Shown one piece after another: positions 30,366 to 40,447 of a stretch of 64,000 nt of DNA. The stretch is from contig CAZUFC010000005.1 of NCBI GenBank assembly GCA_964619725.1, positions 64,001 to 128,000 on the forward strand, read 5' to 3'. Every line of letters starts with the position of its first letter. Within the stretch, counting starts at the first letter, position 1. This stretch comes from an uncultured bacterium. GTDB lineage: Bacteria; CSSED10-310; CAZUFC01. Below the pieces are notes generated by a model. It saw only the letters and a program-made list of their open reading frames with translations. It made no database searches and was not told where the DNA came from. Position numbers and translations under genes: made by a program.

Positions 30366-30748
30366 TTTTCCTCCTTGGTATCTTCCTGTTTCTTTTTCTG
30401 AAGCCGTATTTAAACCGACTCCAGACTGTTGATAAAGACAGAAGCAAATCTCATGCCGACTTCCTGTCCGATTGGGACCACTGTCAAATGCCGTTCATTA
30501 ATTCCTGTTATGAAAGCTGCTGATGAGAAACCGGATGTCGTTGATATTGTTAATCAGACTTGGCTTCATACTCTTGTTGTTTCTTTTTGGCCCAACAGAA
30601 AATACCGTACGTTTCCTGAAGATACACGCCAACGGCTTTTTTTGAATTTTTTCAGAGACTTAGCGCGGATTCCTCATACCGAAACTGTTTATGATCAATT
30701 CAGCATGAGAAATCCGGACTCTTACTTATATCTTCTATAAGAGTAGCA

Positions 30749-32125
30749 TCACTTCGGTTTGACGTAAAAAACGGGTACGAGTCCTCCGCCCTGGTGAATA
30801 TTGATGATCGTTCCCGCTGCGGCTCTCACGAACGAGCCGGCAAAATTTCCGTCGTGCGACCAGAAATTGATGTTCACATTTTTGTCTTCAAATCCCTGCA
30901 ATTTATCGCCTTCCATTACGGGAAACTTTTCCTTGGGAATGTTGACCAATTCCTGCGCCGTATAGGTCGTCCCTTCCCGGAAACTCTTTTCCATCAAATC
31001 TTCCCATTCTCGCTGATTGGAGCTTATGCCTACCAGTATGCCGAATCCCCCGTAACCGTCATTCGGTTTCAGGACGAATTCGTTCTTATGGTTCCTGACA
31101 AAAGAAACCAGGTCTATTTCTTTGCCCTTATAGTCCGTTTTTCCCTCCAGTAATGTCCGGGTCCAGGGAATGTGTTTTCGATGCGCTTCACGTTCCTCCG
31201 GCGAGAATATACTGTCGTATTGCGGATCGCTCAATATCTCCAGTATGGACTTCCAGTCGCCCGTTGCAGCGCTGACGGGATTCACGAAACAGACATTGCC
31301 TTCACGGTATGCATTGAGCACGGGTTGCGATTTTTCCCAGAATTCATCCAGAATGAAATCATCCAGCGCATCCCGGTATATAAGATGTATCGGTTGGCCC
31401 TTCAACGTCAGGGTCTTTCCGTCATAATCGAAGTCGCGGGGATCGGCGAAGTGCGCGTTGTGACCCATCTGCTTATAATACTCGACGAAGGAGAGAAAAT
31501 CGCTGAGTATGGTGGATTCGTTCCAGCAAACGAAGGCTATGTTGGGTTTTTCCAGGGGTTCTATGCCTTTATTTTCGCACCATTGTCTGTATTTTCTGAG
31601 GAAAATGGTGAAATGGGATTTAACCAGCCAGTCCACAATCACCTCATATTTCTTCTGTAATTCCTTGATCACCGGCAATTCTAAAAACATTTCCAACAGA
31701 TTGTCATGCCAGCCCATCCCGCTTGGATCGCCGCAATTAAACTCCAGATACTTCAGTTCGCCGGTCTCCGGAATATAGAAAACATCCAGACGATTAACGA
31801 TCTGATGACCCGGATACCCGGCATCAATATTGGCCAGTTCCGCAGTCCGCCCGCTGATCTGAATTTGTTTTTTGAACGCGCCTTCCTGGAAGTAGGCATC
31901 GCCTATTTTGTTCAATGAAGAGATCATAAGTTGAGTCGTTTTACCGAAAAAATTTCTGTCTCCGGCATCGACGAAATAGGGTTTGAGGTATGTAGGAAAA
32001 GCTTCTCCGTGCATCTGCATCCCCTTTTCCGCCATTTTTTCTGCCAATGTCTGCATCTGTTCCGCCGGATCGGTTTTGGCCATCATTTCCTCAAAATCAT
32101 CATTGACTTGTTTCAGTAAATCCAT
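30749..32125 (-). CDS. Circularly permuted ATP-grasp / glutathionylspermidine-synthase-like peptide ligase
   Basis: RLD, LEFNCGDPSG, FVNP, IPWTR, FVLKPNDGYGGFG, AQELV, INIHQGGG. Confidence 0.75.
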   Translation of the reverse strand: MDLLKQVNDDFEEMMAKTDPAEQMQTLAEKMAEKGMQMHGEAFPTYLKPYFVDAGDRNFFGKTTQLMISSLNKIGDAYFQEGAFKKQIQISGRTAELANIDAGYPGHQIVNRLDVFYIPETGELKYLEFNCGDPSGMGWHDNLLEMFLELPVIKELQKKYEVIVDWLVKSHFTIFLRKYRQWCENKGIEPLEKPNIAFVCWNESTILSDFLSFVEYYKQMGHNAHFADPRDFDYDGKTLTLKGQPIHLIYRDALDDFILDEFWEKSQPVLNAYREGNVCFVNPVSAATGDWKSILEILSDPQYDSIFSPEEREAHRKHIPWTRTLLEGKTDYKGKEIDLVSFVRNHKNEFVLKPNDGYGGFGILVGISSNQREWEDLMEKSFREGTTYTAQELVNIPKEKFPVMEGDKLQGFEDKNVNINFWSHDGNFAGSFVRAAAGTIINIHQGGGLVPVFYVKPK

Positions 32126-32285
32126 GTGATTCTCCTTGCTTGCTGATCATTGTTCTTTTAGCTTATCAATAAATGCAAAATTCCGCGTTCGCTCAAAGAA
32201 ATCATGTTTATCTAGCAGATTATCAACGATTTGACAATAAAAAAACAAAAGTAATGCCGTTCTCTGCAGAAAAGCTTTCGGGCCT

Positions 32286-32305
32286 TTGCGAAGGGCTCTG
32301 ACCCC
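32286..32305 (-). repeat. REP-like repeat copy B
   Basis: TTGCGAAGGGCTCTGACCCC, exact 20-mer. Confidence 0.8.
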
Positions 32306-32405
32306 AGCGGAACGATCCGGAAACAAAGAATTACCGGATGGCTCTCAACCTCTCCTGAACGTTAAAACCCAAAAGACCCCGGTCCGGTCGGCGCTTGCAT
32401 TCTCT

Positions 32406-33008
32406 TTATTGTTCCTCCGATTCCTCAGTTTCGTCTGCAGACGCCTCCGTCGCATCTAAAACTGATTTAACGTCCAGTTTTTTCAGATTTGAATTATCTC
32501 TTAAAAATTTTTCAATTTCCTGGCGGATGGGGTCCTGACTCACGATTTCAGACAGGAATATGCGTTTGTAACTGATGTTCCGCAATTCCTGTTGCAGGTA
32601 ATCATCACGTTCTTCTTTCAACTTAAGGTTCTGCATGAAGAGCTTCTCTTCCAATGCCTCATTTTCCATCAGCAAAGACAGCAACATATCCGTCCGTTTG
32701 CCTTTGCCCAATCCCATGACTCCAACGCCAGCCGCTTTTTTTCTGTATTGTTCCAGTTTTTCTTCCAGAAAATCGATTTTTTTCTGCAATTCTTGTTTTT
32801 CGTTCTGGAGTTTAATTTTTTCATTGTCCCAGAATTCTTTCAACGATCTTTCAATCGTTTTCATTGTGTCCATATTCTTTTTTGCGGTGCGTTCATATTT
32901 TTTCCTGACCGCCAGGCGTCCGATAAGGAATCCGATAATAATCAAAACGACGGTCAAAAAGGATCCGATGATAATTTGATAAGTAGTTTCTGAAAGAAGA
33001 CCCGGCAT
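32406..33008 (-). CDS. Single-TM coiled-coil hypothetical protein
   Basis: GGGGAGG RBS before MPGLL; N-terminal TM; E/K/Q/L heptads. Confidence 0.7.
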   Translation of the reverse strand: MPGLLSETTYQIIIGSFLTVVLIIIGFLIGRLAVRKKYERTAKKNMDTMKTIERSLKEFWDNEKIKLQNEKQELQKKIDFLEEKLEQYRKKAAGVGVMGLGKGKRTDMLLSLLMENEALEEKLFMQNLKLKEERDDYLQQELRNISYKRIFLSEIVSQDPIRQEIEKFLRDNSNLKKLDVKSVLDATEASADETEESEEQ

Positions 33009-33216
33009 AAACAAACCTCCCCTGCTCATCTTCAGGTTAATGGTAAACGGGTTCAAAACGCATGTCAACCGTGGATAAAACGGGCGAGGGGTGGAAGAGT
33101 GGGGGATTGTCAAAGTGGCGAGTGAGAAAGGCGTTAAGGGTGGGTTAATAGAGTCTTCCAATCAGTTCAGCGCCTTTCTGTCCGGCATCCGCCATCCGGC
33201 ATCAAGCGTTTGGAAA

Positions 33217-33231
33217 GGGGTCAGAGCCCTT
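33217..33231 (+). repeat. REP-like repeat copy C (partial)
   Basis: GGGGTCAGAGCCCTT preceded by GCATCC/GCATCA units, as at copy G. Confidence 0.7.
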
Positions 33232-33383
33232 TGGAGAGCATTGATTTTACAAAATAAGTTCAAGAAAATTAACGTTTTGTATTGACAGGCGCTGGAATAT
33301 CTGGCATATACTTTCAATTCTTAAACGGGCCTGATGGTCCTGTTCTTTTTCAGTCAACCAGCAATCGAGCAGGAGGCAATGGT

Positions 33384-35636
33384 ATGGATATACGGATATT
33401 ATTCGTTTTGGCGCCTGTGGGATCGGCATTGGCGCTCGTATTCGCTTTTTTGTTTTTTCAAACGATGAAGAAGAAGCCTGAAGGAACGGAAAGGATGATA
33501 GAGATAGCGCAGTATGTCCGTGAAGGGGCGATGGCTTACATACGTCAGCAGTATAAGGTCGTGGCGCTGTTTTTTGTTTTTGCATTCATATTTTTCTTTA
33601 TATTGGCCTACGTACTGGGCGTTCAGTCGAAATGGGTGCCTTATGCGTTTTTAACGGGCGGATTTTTTTCCGGGTTGGCGGGTTTTCTAGGCATGAAGAC
33701 GGCGACGTATGCATCGGCCCGGACGACGGAAGGATGTCGTCACAGTTTAAATGAAGGATTAACGATATCGTTCCGCAGCGGAGCGGTCATGGGATTGGTA
33801 GTCGTAGGGCTGGGATTGCTGGATATTTCGATGTGGTATCTTATTCTGAATCATTTCATTCCCGATTCACCTCACAAATTAGCGGAGATCACGGTGACCA
33901 TGCTCTGTTTCGGAATGGGAGCCAGTTCACAGGCGCTTTTTGCCCGTGTGGGCGGAGGCATATACACGAAGGCGGCCGATGTAGGGGCAGATTTAGTGGG
34001 TAAAGTTGAAGCGGGGATTCCTGAAGACGATCCTCGGAATCCTGCGACGATCGCCGACAACGTAGGCGATAATGTAGGAGATGTAGCTGGTATGGGCGCG
34101 GACCTTTACGAATCGTATTGCGGTTCCATTCTGGCGACGGCGGCGTTGGGCGTATCGGCTTTTGCGGGACTGACGGACAAACTGGGCGTATCGGAAGCCG
34201 TTCAGATGGCGATGCAGCGCAAGGCGTTGCTTCTGCCCATGATCATCGCGGGCATAGGGGTCATTTTGTCCATCATAGGCATTTACGCTGTAAGAACCAA
34301 AGAGGATGCCAAGATAGGCGACCTGCTCAAATCGCTCAGTTTAGGCGTTAATCTGAGTTCAGTCCTGATTGCTGTGTGTTCTCTGGGAGCGGTGCTGCTG
34401 GTATTGCCTGACGAAGCCACGGGGATGACGACGATGAAAGCCTTCGGCGTATGGGGTTCCATCATGACGGGACTTGTCGCCGGCATCATCATCGGCAAGG
34501 CGACGGAATATTATACGGCTTCAGCGTTCAAACCCACACAAAAAATCGCTGAATCGGCCCAGACAGGACCGGCGACTTTGATTATCGAAGGCATCTCGAC
34601 GGGAATGGTGTCCACCTGGGTGCCCGGCGTCACCGTATCCGTAGGCATTCTTTTGGCTTTTCTGTTTTCCGGAGGTTTTTCAAACGTCAGCATGGGCTTA
34701 TACGGCATTGGAATCGCTGCGGTAGGCATGCTTTCAACGCTCGGCATCACCCTGGCGACCGATGCGTACGGACCCATCGCTGATAACGCCGGCGGAAACG
34801 CTGAAATGAGCGAACTGGAACCCTACGTCAGAGAACGAACAGATGCCCTGGACGCACTGGGAAACACCACTGCAGCCACCGGCAAGGGATTCGCCATCGG
34901 ATCGGCAGCTTTGACCGCTCTGGCGCTTCTCGCCGCTTATATCGAGGAAGTGCGCGCCGGTTTGATCAGAGTGGCGGACGATGCCGGCAATATAGCGCTG
35001 AATGGAATAACAACCACAGTCGATGCCGTCAGAAGCGCAGACATCAGCTATTTCATGGACACGTACAATGTTACTTTGATGAATCCTCAGGTCGTCATAG
35101 GCATATTCGTCGGCGCTATGCTCGCTTTCGTTTTTTCATCTTTGACGATGAAGGCCGTCGGCAGAGCCGCCATCGATATGGTTAACGAGGTCCGGCGACA
35201 GTTCAAAGAGATTGCCGGAATCATGGAAGGCAAAACCACCCCTGAGTATGCCAAATGCGTTGATATCGCCACTAGAGGCGCTCAGAGACAGATGATCCTC
35301 CCCACTATGCTGGGCATCATCACTCCCATCCTCATCGGCCTGCTTCTCGGCGTTGCCGGCGTTATGGGGCTTCTGGCGGGAGGTCTCTCCACAGGCTTCA
35401 TGCTGGCCATCATGATGGCCAATTCAGGAGGGGCCTGGGATAACGCAAAAAAATACATCGAAGAAGGTCACTTCGGCGGAAAAGGTTCCGAAGAACATAA
35501 AGCCGGCGTCATAGGCGATACCGTCGGCGACCCCTTCAAGGACACTTCCGGACCTTCGCTCAACATCCTGATCAAGCTCATCAGCATGGTCAGCGTCGTC
35601 GTAGCCGGAATGACTGTGGCTTACAGCATTCTTTAA
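33384..35636 (+). CDS. hppA: Membrane-integral K+-dependent ion-translocating pyrophosphatase
   Basis: GGGIYTKAADVGADLVGKVE, EDDPRNPATIADNVGDNVGD, GNTTAA (Ala indicates K+-dependence), GDTVGDPFKDTSGP. Confidence 0.97.
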   Translation: MDIRILFVLAPVGSALALVFAFLFFQTMKKKPEGTERMIEIAQYVREGAMAYIRQQYKVVALFFVFAFIFFFILAYVLGVQSKWVPYAFLTGGFFSGLAGFLGMKTATYASARTTEGCRHSLNEGLTISFRSGAVMGLVVVGLGLLDISMWYLILNHFIPDSPHKLAEITVTMLCFGMGASSQALFARVGGGIYTKAADVGADLVGKVEAGIPEDDPRNPATIADNVGDNVGDVAGMGADLYESYCGSILATAALGVSAFAGLTDKLGVSEAVQMAMQRKALLLPMIIAGIGVILSIIGIYAVRTKEDAKIGDLLKSLSLGVNLSSVLIAVCSLGAVLLVLPDEATGMTTMKAFGVWGSIMTGLVAGIIIGKATEYYTASAFKPTQKIAESAQTGPATLIIEGISTGMVSTWVPGVTVSVGILLAFLFSGGFSNVSMGLYGIGIAAVGMLSTLGITLATDAYGPIADNAGGNAEMSELEPYVRERTDALDALGNTTAATGKGFAIGSAALTALALLAAYIEEVRAGLIRVADDAGNIALNGITTTVDAVRSADISYFMDTYNVTLMNPQVVIGIFVGAMLAFVFSSLTMKAVGRAAIDMVNEVRRQFKEIAGIMEGKTTPEYAKCVDIATRGAQRQMILPTMLGIITPILIGLLLGVAGVMGLLAGGLSTGFMLAIMMANSGGAWDNAKKYIEEGHFGGKGSEEHKAGVIGDTVGDPFKDTSGPSLNILIKLISMVSVVVAGMTVAYSIL

Positions 35637-35871
35637 ATTTTTAATGCAAAAAGACAATCGGGATAATCGAAATTTCGATCCCCATGAAATATAATCCCAA
35701 TCGACGGATGCACCGGACGCTCGAAGTCCCTCACCGGTTGTTCTAAACCTTATCGATCTGAATTTTTTTATCCGATGATCAAAACATCCAGATTTGGGAA
35801 GCCTGCAGGGATAACCGTTAGAATCTTGGCGGCATAAGACTTTGTTTAAGGTGTCTTAGGAGAACTTCGGG

Positions 35872-36678
35872 TTAAGCCTTTCGGCTGTTTCTCCTGTTCA
35901 ACCGGCAAAAAACCGTCGCCGGTCTTCTGAAAAAAAGCAGAAGCATGAAAGCTGATACGGCTATGATCATTCCCCAAATATTCATGGCTGGGACGAGCGG
36001 CGATTCGGGCGTGGGTGATGGAGAGGGCGTGTTGGTCGGAACAGGAGTCGGCGTTTGCGTGGGCGTATTAGTGGGTTCGGGCGTCGGAGTCGCAGGAGTG
36101 TCGATTTGCACGCGAAGAACCCAGTCGCCTTGCAAACCAAATTGCTCAGAAAAAAACCAACCCACTCCAGGCACATAGATGAAATTAACTCCCGGATTAA
36201 TATTGCCGTCAGCATCACGATAAAAACTAGGTGGAGGGTCCTGGAAAAATTCAAAACCGACTCGGATCATTCCGCTTTCGATTGTAATCGGAGGAATTAT
36301 ATCAAAATCGTTCCAATATGGTCCAGCCGTCAATTGAACGCCTTCCGGCGCTTTTAAAGTTGGACCGGGTTGCATAGCGCCGGTGTCCTCCCACAAATGA
36401 AGGATGAACGGTCCTATTGTTCCCCCGCTTCCGCCGTCGCCCACCAGGACTCGAACCTTCGTCAGCTCATAAGGATAATCCTCCGGTTCGGCCACAAAAC
36501 GTGCCGCCATTATTTCATTTGCGACGAACCCTGCCTGATAGAAAGCCAATCCGCCTTCAACAAAACCGTCATTTTTCAACCATTTCAAAGCGCATTCAGC
36601 ATCCGGCGAAAATGATAAAAGAAAGAAAACAGTCAGTGCAAAACTGATCCTTGCAACGAATCTTCCTTTTGATTCCAT
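35872..36678 (-). CDS. Secreted protein with PT linker and IPTL-CTERM-like anchor
   Basis: GGAGG RBS; signal peptide; PTPT linker; VPAMNIWG-TM-RR. Confidence 0.75.
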   Translation of the reverse strand: MESKGRFVARISFALTVFFLLSFSPDAECALKWLKNDGFVEGGLAFYQAGFVANEIMAARFVAEPEDYPYELTKVRVLVGDGGSGGTIGPFILHLWEDTGAMQPGPTLKAPEGVQLTAGPYWNDFDIIPPITIESGMIRVGFEFFQDPPPSFYRDADGNINPGVNFIYVPGVGWFFSEQFGLQGDWVLRVQIDTPATPTPEPTNTPTQTPTPVPTNTPSPSPTPESPLVPAMNIWGMIIAVSAFMLLLFFRRPATVFCRLNRRNSRKA

Positions 36679-37025
36679 ATTATTCCTCCATTTCATGCTC
36701 AGGCAAATTATATGTGTTAGAATGATTCAAGCCTCCTGAACTTTTTTATAATAGGAAATTTGCAGAAATGCAAATATACGGCTTTTACGTTCGTTTATGC
36801 CGAATAAAGAACCCTTATAATGCCCTTTCAACAGGACGCTTTTGATGAAGAACATCCTCTGCCTTGAAAAATGAAACTTTTTCAATGAAAAAGTGTCTAT
36901 AAGAGATGAGGATGATGAATTGCGGATATTTGTTGGAATGGAGGAGCAGAAAGTCGGTGATAATGTTTCAGGAAGGTTCCTGATCTGAATGAAGGAAAGG
37001 GCCGGCTAGGGAAGGAAGTTGAATC

Positions 37026-37054
37026 TTGACTGAGGACGTTAAGTCCAGTATTTT
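37026..37054 (+). promoter_or_regulatory. Putative sigma70 promoter of nifU-nifS with a dyad in the spacer
   Basis: TTGACT-N17-TATTTT; GGAC-gttaa-GTCC inside the spacer. Confidence 0.35.
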
Positions 37055-37095
37055 TGAAAAGTTATCTCGAGTCATCGAGTTTAAGGAGAATCGAT

Positions 37096-37656
37096 ATGTA
37101 TTCTGAAAAAGTCATGGATCATTTCAATAATCCGCGCAACGTAGGCGAACTGGAGAATGCAGACGGTGTAGGCGAAGTCGGCAATGCGGCATGCGGAGAC
37201 ATAATGAAGATATGGTTGAAGGTGGACGAAAAGGGTAAAATAGAGGAGGTAAAATTCAAGACGTTCGGATGTGCATCGGCCATAGCATCGAGTTCGATGG
37301 CGACGGAGCTGATAAAGGGCAAGCATATAGATGAAGCGCGGAAGCTGACGAATCAGGCGATAGCGGATGCGCTGGACGGTTTGCCGCCGGCCAAGATGCA
37401 TTGTTCGGTACTGGCGGCGGATGCCATCAACAGGGCGATTGATGATTATCTGGGTATAGAAAGGGAGGGTGATCTGGAGGTCGTATGCATCTGCAATAAC
37501 ATAACGAAGGGAGAGATTGAGGAAGCGATAGCGCATGGGGCTTTTACGATGGAAGCGATAAAAAAGAAGACCGGGGCGATGTCGGGAGCATGCGACGGCG
37601 TCCGTTGCAAAGAAAAGGTGGAAGAACTTTTACATAAGATGCAAGCGGTGGAATAA
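37096..37656 (+). CDS. nifU: Fe-S scaffold: NifU/IscU N-domain plus BFD-like [2Fe-2S] domain
   Basis: YSEKVMDHF.NPRNVG, ACGD, FKTFGC, KMHCS; VCICNN..GAC..C. Confidence 0.92.
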   Translation: MYSEKVMDHFNNPRNVGELENADGVGEVGNAACGDIMKIWLKVDEKGKIEEVKFKTFGCASAIASSSMATELIKGKHIDEARKLTNQAIADALDGLPPAKMHCSVLAADAINRAIDDYLGIEREGDLEVVCICNNITKGEIEEAIAHGAFTMEAIKKKTGAMSGACDGVRCKEKVEELLHKMQAVE

Positions 37657-37689
37657 AAAGGTAAAATTTTCTCAGGGAGAATGCAGTAA

Positions 37690-38871
37690 ATGAGAGAAAT
37701 ATATTTCGACAATAACGCAACGACTCCTCTCCGACCGGAGGTGAAAGCGAAGATTAAGGATGCGCTTGACCTTTACGGCAATGCATCGAGTGCGCACGGC
37801 ATGGGTCGACGCGTGCGAGGTGAGATAGAAGGAGTCAGGGATAATTTACGGAAATTTATCGGAGGCGAAAGAGGCAGCGTCGTATTTACATCAGGCGGTT
37901 CTGAGAGCAATAATCTTGTATTGAAGGGAGTGACGTGCGAAGGGATATTATTCAGCGTTCAGGATGCATTTCCGGGGCGTCACATCATTACGTCGCAGGT
38001 AGAGCATCCTTCGATACTGGAAACCTGCCGTTGCCTGGAAAAGCAGGGTATACAGGTTACCTACATACCTGTGGACAATTACGGCATGGTTGATCCCGGA
38101 ACGGTCGAGAAGGCGGTTACGCGGAGCACTTCGTTGATCAGCATCATGTATGCGAACAATGAGGTTGGGACCATTCAACCCATCAAGGATATAGCAGCAA
38201 TAGCGAAGAAGCACGGCATATTTTTTCACACGGATGCGGTGCAGGCCGTGGGTAAACTGGATGTAGACGCGGAAGAGCTTGGCGTTGATTTTCTGTCTCT
38301 TTCTGGGCACAAATTAAACGGTCCCAAGGGCATAGGAGCATTATGGTTCAGGAAGGGACTGGGGATTTGTCCTTTGATTCACGGCGGCCACCAGGAGCGC
38401 AGCAGGCGGGCCGGAACTGAAAATACTTTAGGCATAATAGGATTGGGCGCGGCGTTGGAAGCGGCTCAGAAAGATATGGAGCAGGAGAGGATTAAAATAA
38501 CGGAGTTGCGCGACCGTTTATACGAAGGATTAAAGGAAAAGGTTCCCGACGTTCAGTTAAACGGGCATCCTGAAAAACGGTTGCCGGGAACGGTAAACAT
38601 GACTTTCAGGTATATCGAGGGTGAGTCCATGGTTTACCGTTTTGATTCTTTGGGTATCGCCGTTTCAACGGGTTCTGCGTGCAGCACGGGTTCCCTGGAG
38701 CCTTCCCATGTTTTGAAGGCTATGGGGTTATCGCACGAGGATGCGCATGGCTCTATCCGGTTCAGTCTGGGATGGGGCAATACGGTTGAGGAAGTGGATT
38801 ATGCGATTAAGGTGATCCCGGATGCCGTGGCGAATTTAAGAGAGATGTCGCCGTTATATCAATCCTCTTAA
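37690..38871 (+). CDS. nifS: Cysteine desulfurase NifS/IscS
   Basis: YFDNNATT, HTDAVQ, SGHK (PLP Lys), GSACSTGSLEPSHVL. Confidence 0.96.
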   Translation: MREIYFDNNATTPLRPEVKAKIKDALDLYGNASSAHGMGRRVRGEIEGVRDNLRKFIGGERGSVVFTSGGSESNNLVLKGVTCEGILFSVQDAFPGRHIITSQVEHPSILETCRCLEKQGIQVTYIPVDNYGMVDPGTVEKAVTRSTSLISIMYANNEVGTIQPIKDIAAIAKKHGIFFHTDAVQAVGKLDVDAEELGVDFLSLSGHKLNGPKGIGALWFRKGLGICPLIHGGHQERSRRAGTENTLGIIGLGAALEAAQKDMEQERIKITELRDRLYEGLKEKVPDVQLNGHPEKRLPGTVNMTFRYIEGESMVYRFDSLGIAVSTGSACSTGSLEPSHVLKAMGLSHEDAHGSIRFSLGWGNTVEEVDYAIKVIPDAVANLREMSPLYQSS

Positions 38872-38887
38872 TCAAAAGGATAGTAAA

Positions 38888-40429
38888 ATGCACAGTTATA
38901 TGGATTTTACAAGGCCGGTCAGTCGCCGTTCTTTTTTGAAGACGGGTTTAAAAATCGGCGCTGCGGCTGCCTTGACTCCGTCATTGTTCCGCCTGATGAA
39001 ACCTCCTGTATTAAGCGCGGAAGATTTGAAAGCCGGATTAGCCGAATACAAGCTGCCGAAAGAAGTTCTGGAACGTCTGATTAAATCGTCGCTGGAACGC
39101 GGCGGCGATTATGCGGACGTATACTTGTTGTATGAGGCTTCGATGAATCTTTTTCTGGAAGAGGAGCGGATAAAAAGCGGGGAGTACGGAATAAACGCCG
39201 GGGCCGGTATCCGGGTGATTGAAGAGGACCGGATTGGGTTCGGGCATTCATCCGTTTTTGAAGAGAAGGAATTGGTTAAAGCCGCAGGAACCGCTGCGTT
39301 GATCGCTTCATCAGGTCCGGCCATGCCTCCGAGAAGCCTGGTCAAAAATTCTACTCCTTCTTATATAAACGTTATGGTTCCTCTTGAAGAGGTCACTCTG
39401 TCAAAGAAGGCGGAAATGCTGAAGAAAATCGATAAAGCGGCCCGGAAATATGATTCCAGGATCAAACAGGTTTCCATAACTTACCATGAGGGTTTCACGC
39501 ATCGTACGATGGCGAATTCCCAGGGTATATTGATTGAAGACAGCATGCCTATGTCGATGTTGAGAGTCAACACGATAGCGCGAGATGGAAAAGCGACCGC
39601 TCCTGGTTTTTTAAGGATGAGCAGTAGAAAAGGCTGGGAACAATACACAGAAGCAGATGCCGGCGAATTGGGTCGAAAAGCCGCCGAACAGGCTGTGACT
39701 ATGCTGAAAGCCCGGGAAGCCCCGATGGGGACTATGACCGTCGTTATCGGAAACAGCGGAGGCGTCCTTTTTCATGAAGCAGTAGGGCATGGATTGGAAG
39801 CTGATGCCATCCGAAAAAAAGCTTCATTCTATGTCGATAAAAAAGGCGAAAAAGTCGCTGCAGATATTGTCAATCTGGTTGATGACGCCACTCTTCCCAA
39901 TTTGCGGGGAACTTTTAACGTCGATGATGAAGCTGTCCCAGGACAAAGAAAAACCCTGATAGAGAAGGGAATATTGAAATCTTACATGTTTGACCAGTTC
40001 GAAGCTTTCCAGGCTCATACCCTCTCCACGGGCAACGGCCGGCGCGATAACTACTCCGATCAACCCATGCCCCGTATGTCGAATACTTTTATCCTCCCCG
40101 GAGAAGATGATCCTGAAGAGATCATCAAGGATACGAAAAAAGGCATTTATGCGAAAAATTTCGGGGGCGGCATGGTGGATACTTCCAGCGGCAATTTCAC
40201 TTTCAACACTACTGAAGCTTATCTGATTGAGGATGGGAAGATTACCGCTCCCGTCAAGGGCGCCTCCCTGGTTGGAAATGGTCCGGATATTTTAAAGAAA
40301 ATAGACCGGCTTGGAAATGATCTGGACTTCTGGCCCGGCACATGCGGAAAAGGCGGGCAATGGGTTCCGGTTACTTCTGGAGCTCCGACGCTGAGGATCA
40401 GAGAGATCAACGTCGGAGGAAGCGGCTGA
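38888..40429 (+). CDS. tldD: TldD metalloprotease with twin-arginine signal peptide
   Basis: SRRSFLK plus h-region; HEAVGHGLE; PRMSNT; CGKGGQ. Confidence 0.9.
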   Translation: MHSYMDFTRPVSRRSFLKTGLKIGAAAALTPSLFRLMKPPVLSAEDLKAGLAEYKLPKEVLERLIKSSLERGGDYADVYLLYEASMNLFLEEERIKSGEYGINAGAGIRVIEEDRIGFGHSSVFEEKELVKAAGTAALIASSGPAMPPRSLVKNSTPSYINVMVPLEEVTLSKKAEMLKKIDKAARKYDSRIKQVSITYHEGFTHRTMANSQGILIEDSMPMSMLRVNTIARDGKATAPGFLRMSSRKGWEQYTEADAGELGRKAAEQAVTMLKAREAPMGTMTVVIGNSGGVLFHEAVGHGLEADAIRKKASFYVDKKGEKVAADIVNLVDDATLPNLRGTFNVDDEAVPGQRKTLIEKGILKSYMFDQFEAFQAHTLSTGNGRRDNYSDQPMPRMSNTFILPGEDDPEEIIKDTKKGIYAKNFGGGMVDTSSGNFTFNTTEAYLIEDGKITAPVKGASLVGNGPDILKKIDRLGNDLDFWPGTCGKGGQWVPVTSGAPTLRIREINVGGSG

Positions 40430-40447
40430 TTGATAGTTAAACAATAA

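Noticed and set aside
30429-30740. 103-aa plus-strand ORF between the propeller and ATP-grasp genes
   Set aside because: Non-ATG start, no RBS or motif, and it occupies the likely promoter region of the minus-strand gene.
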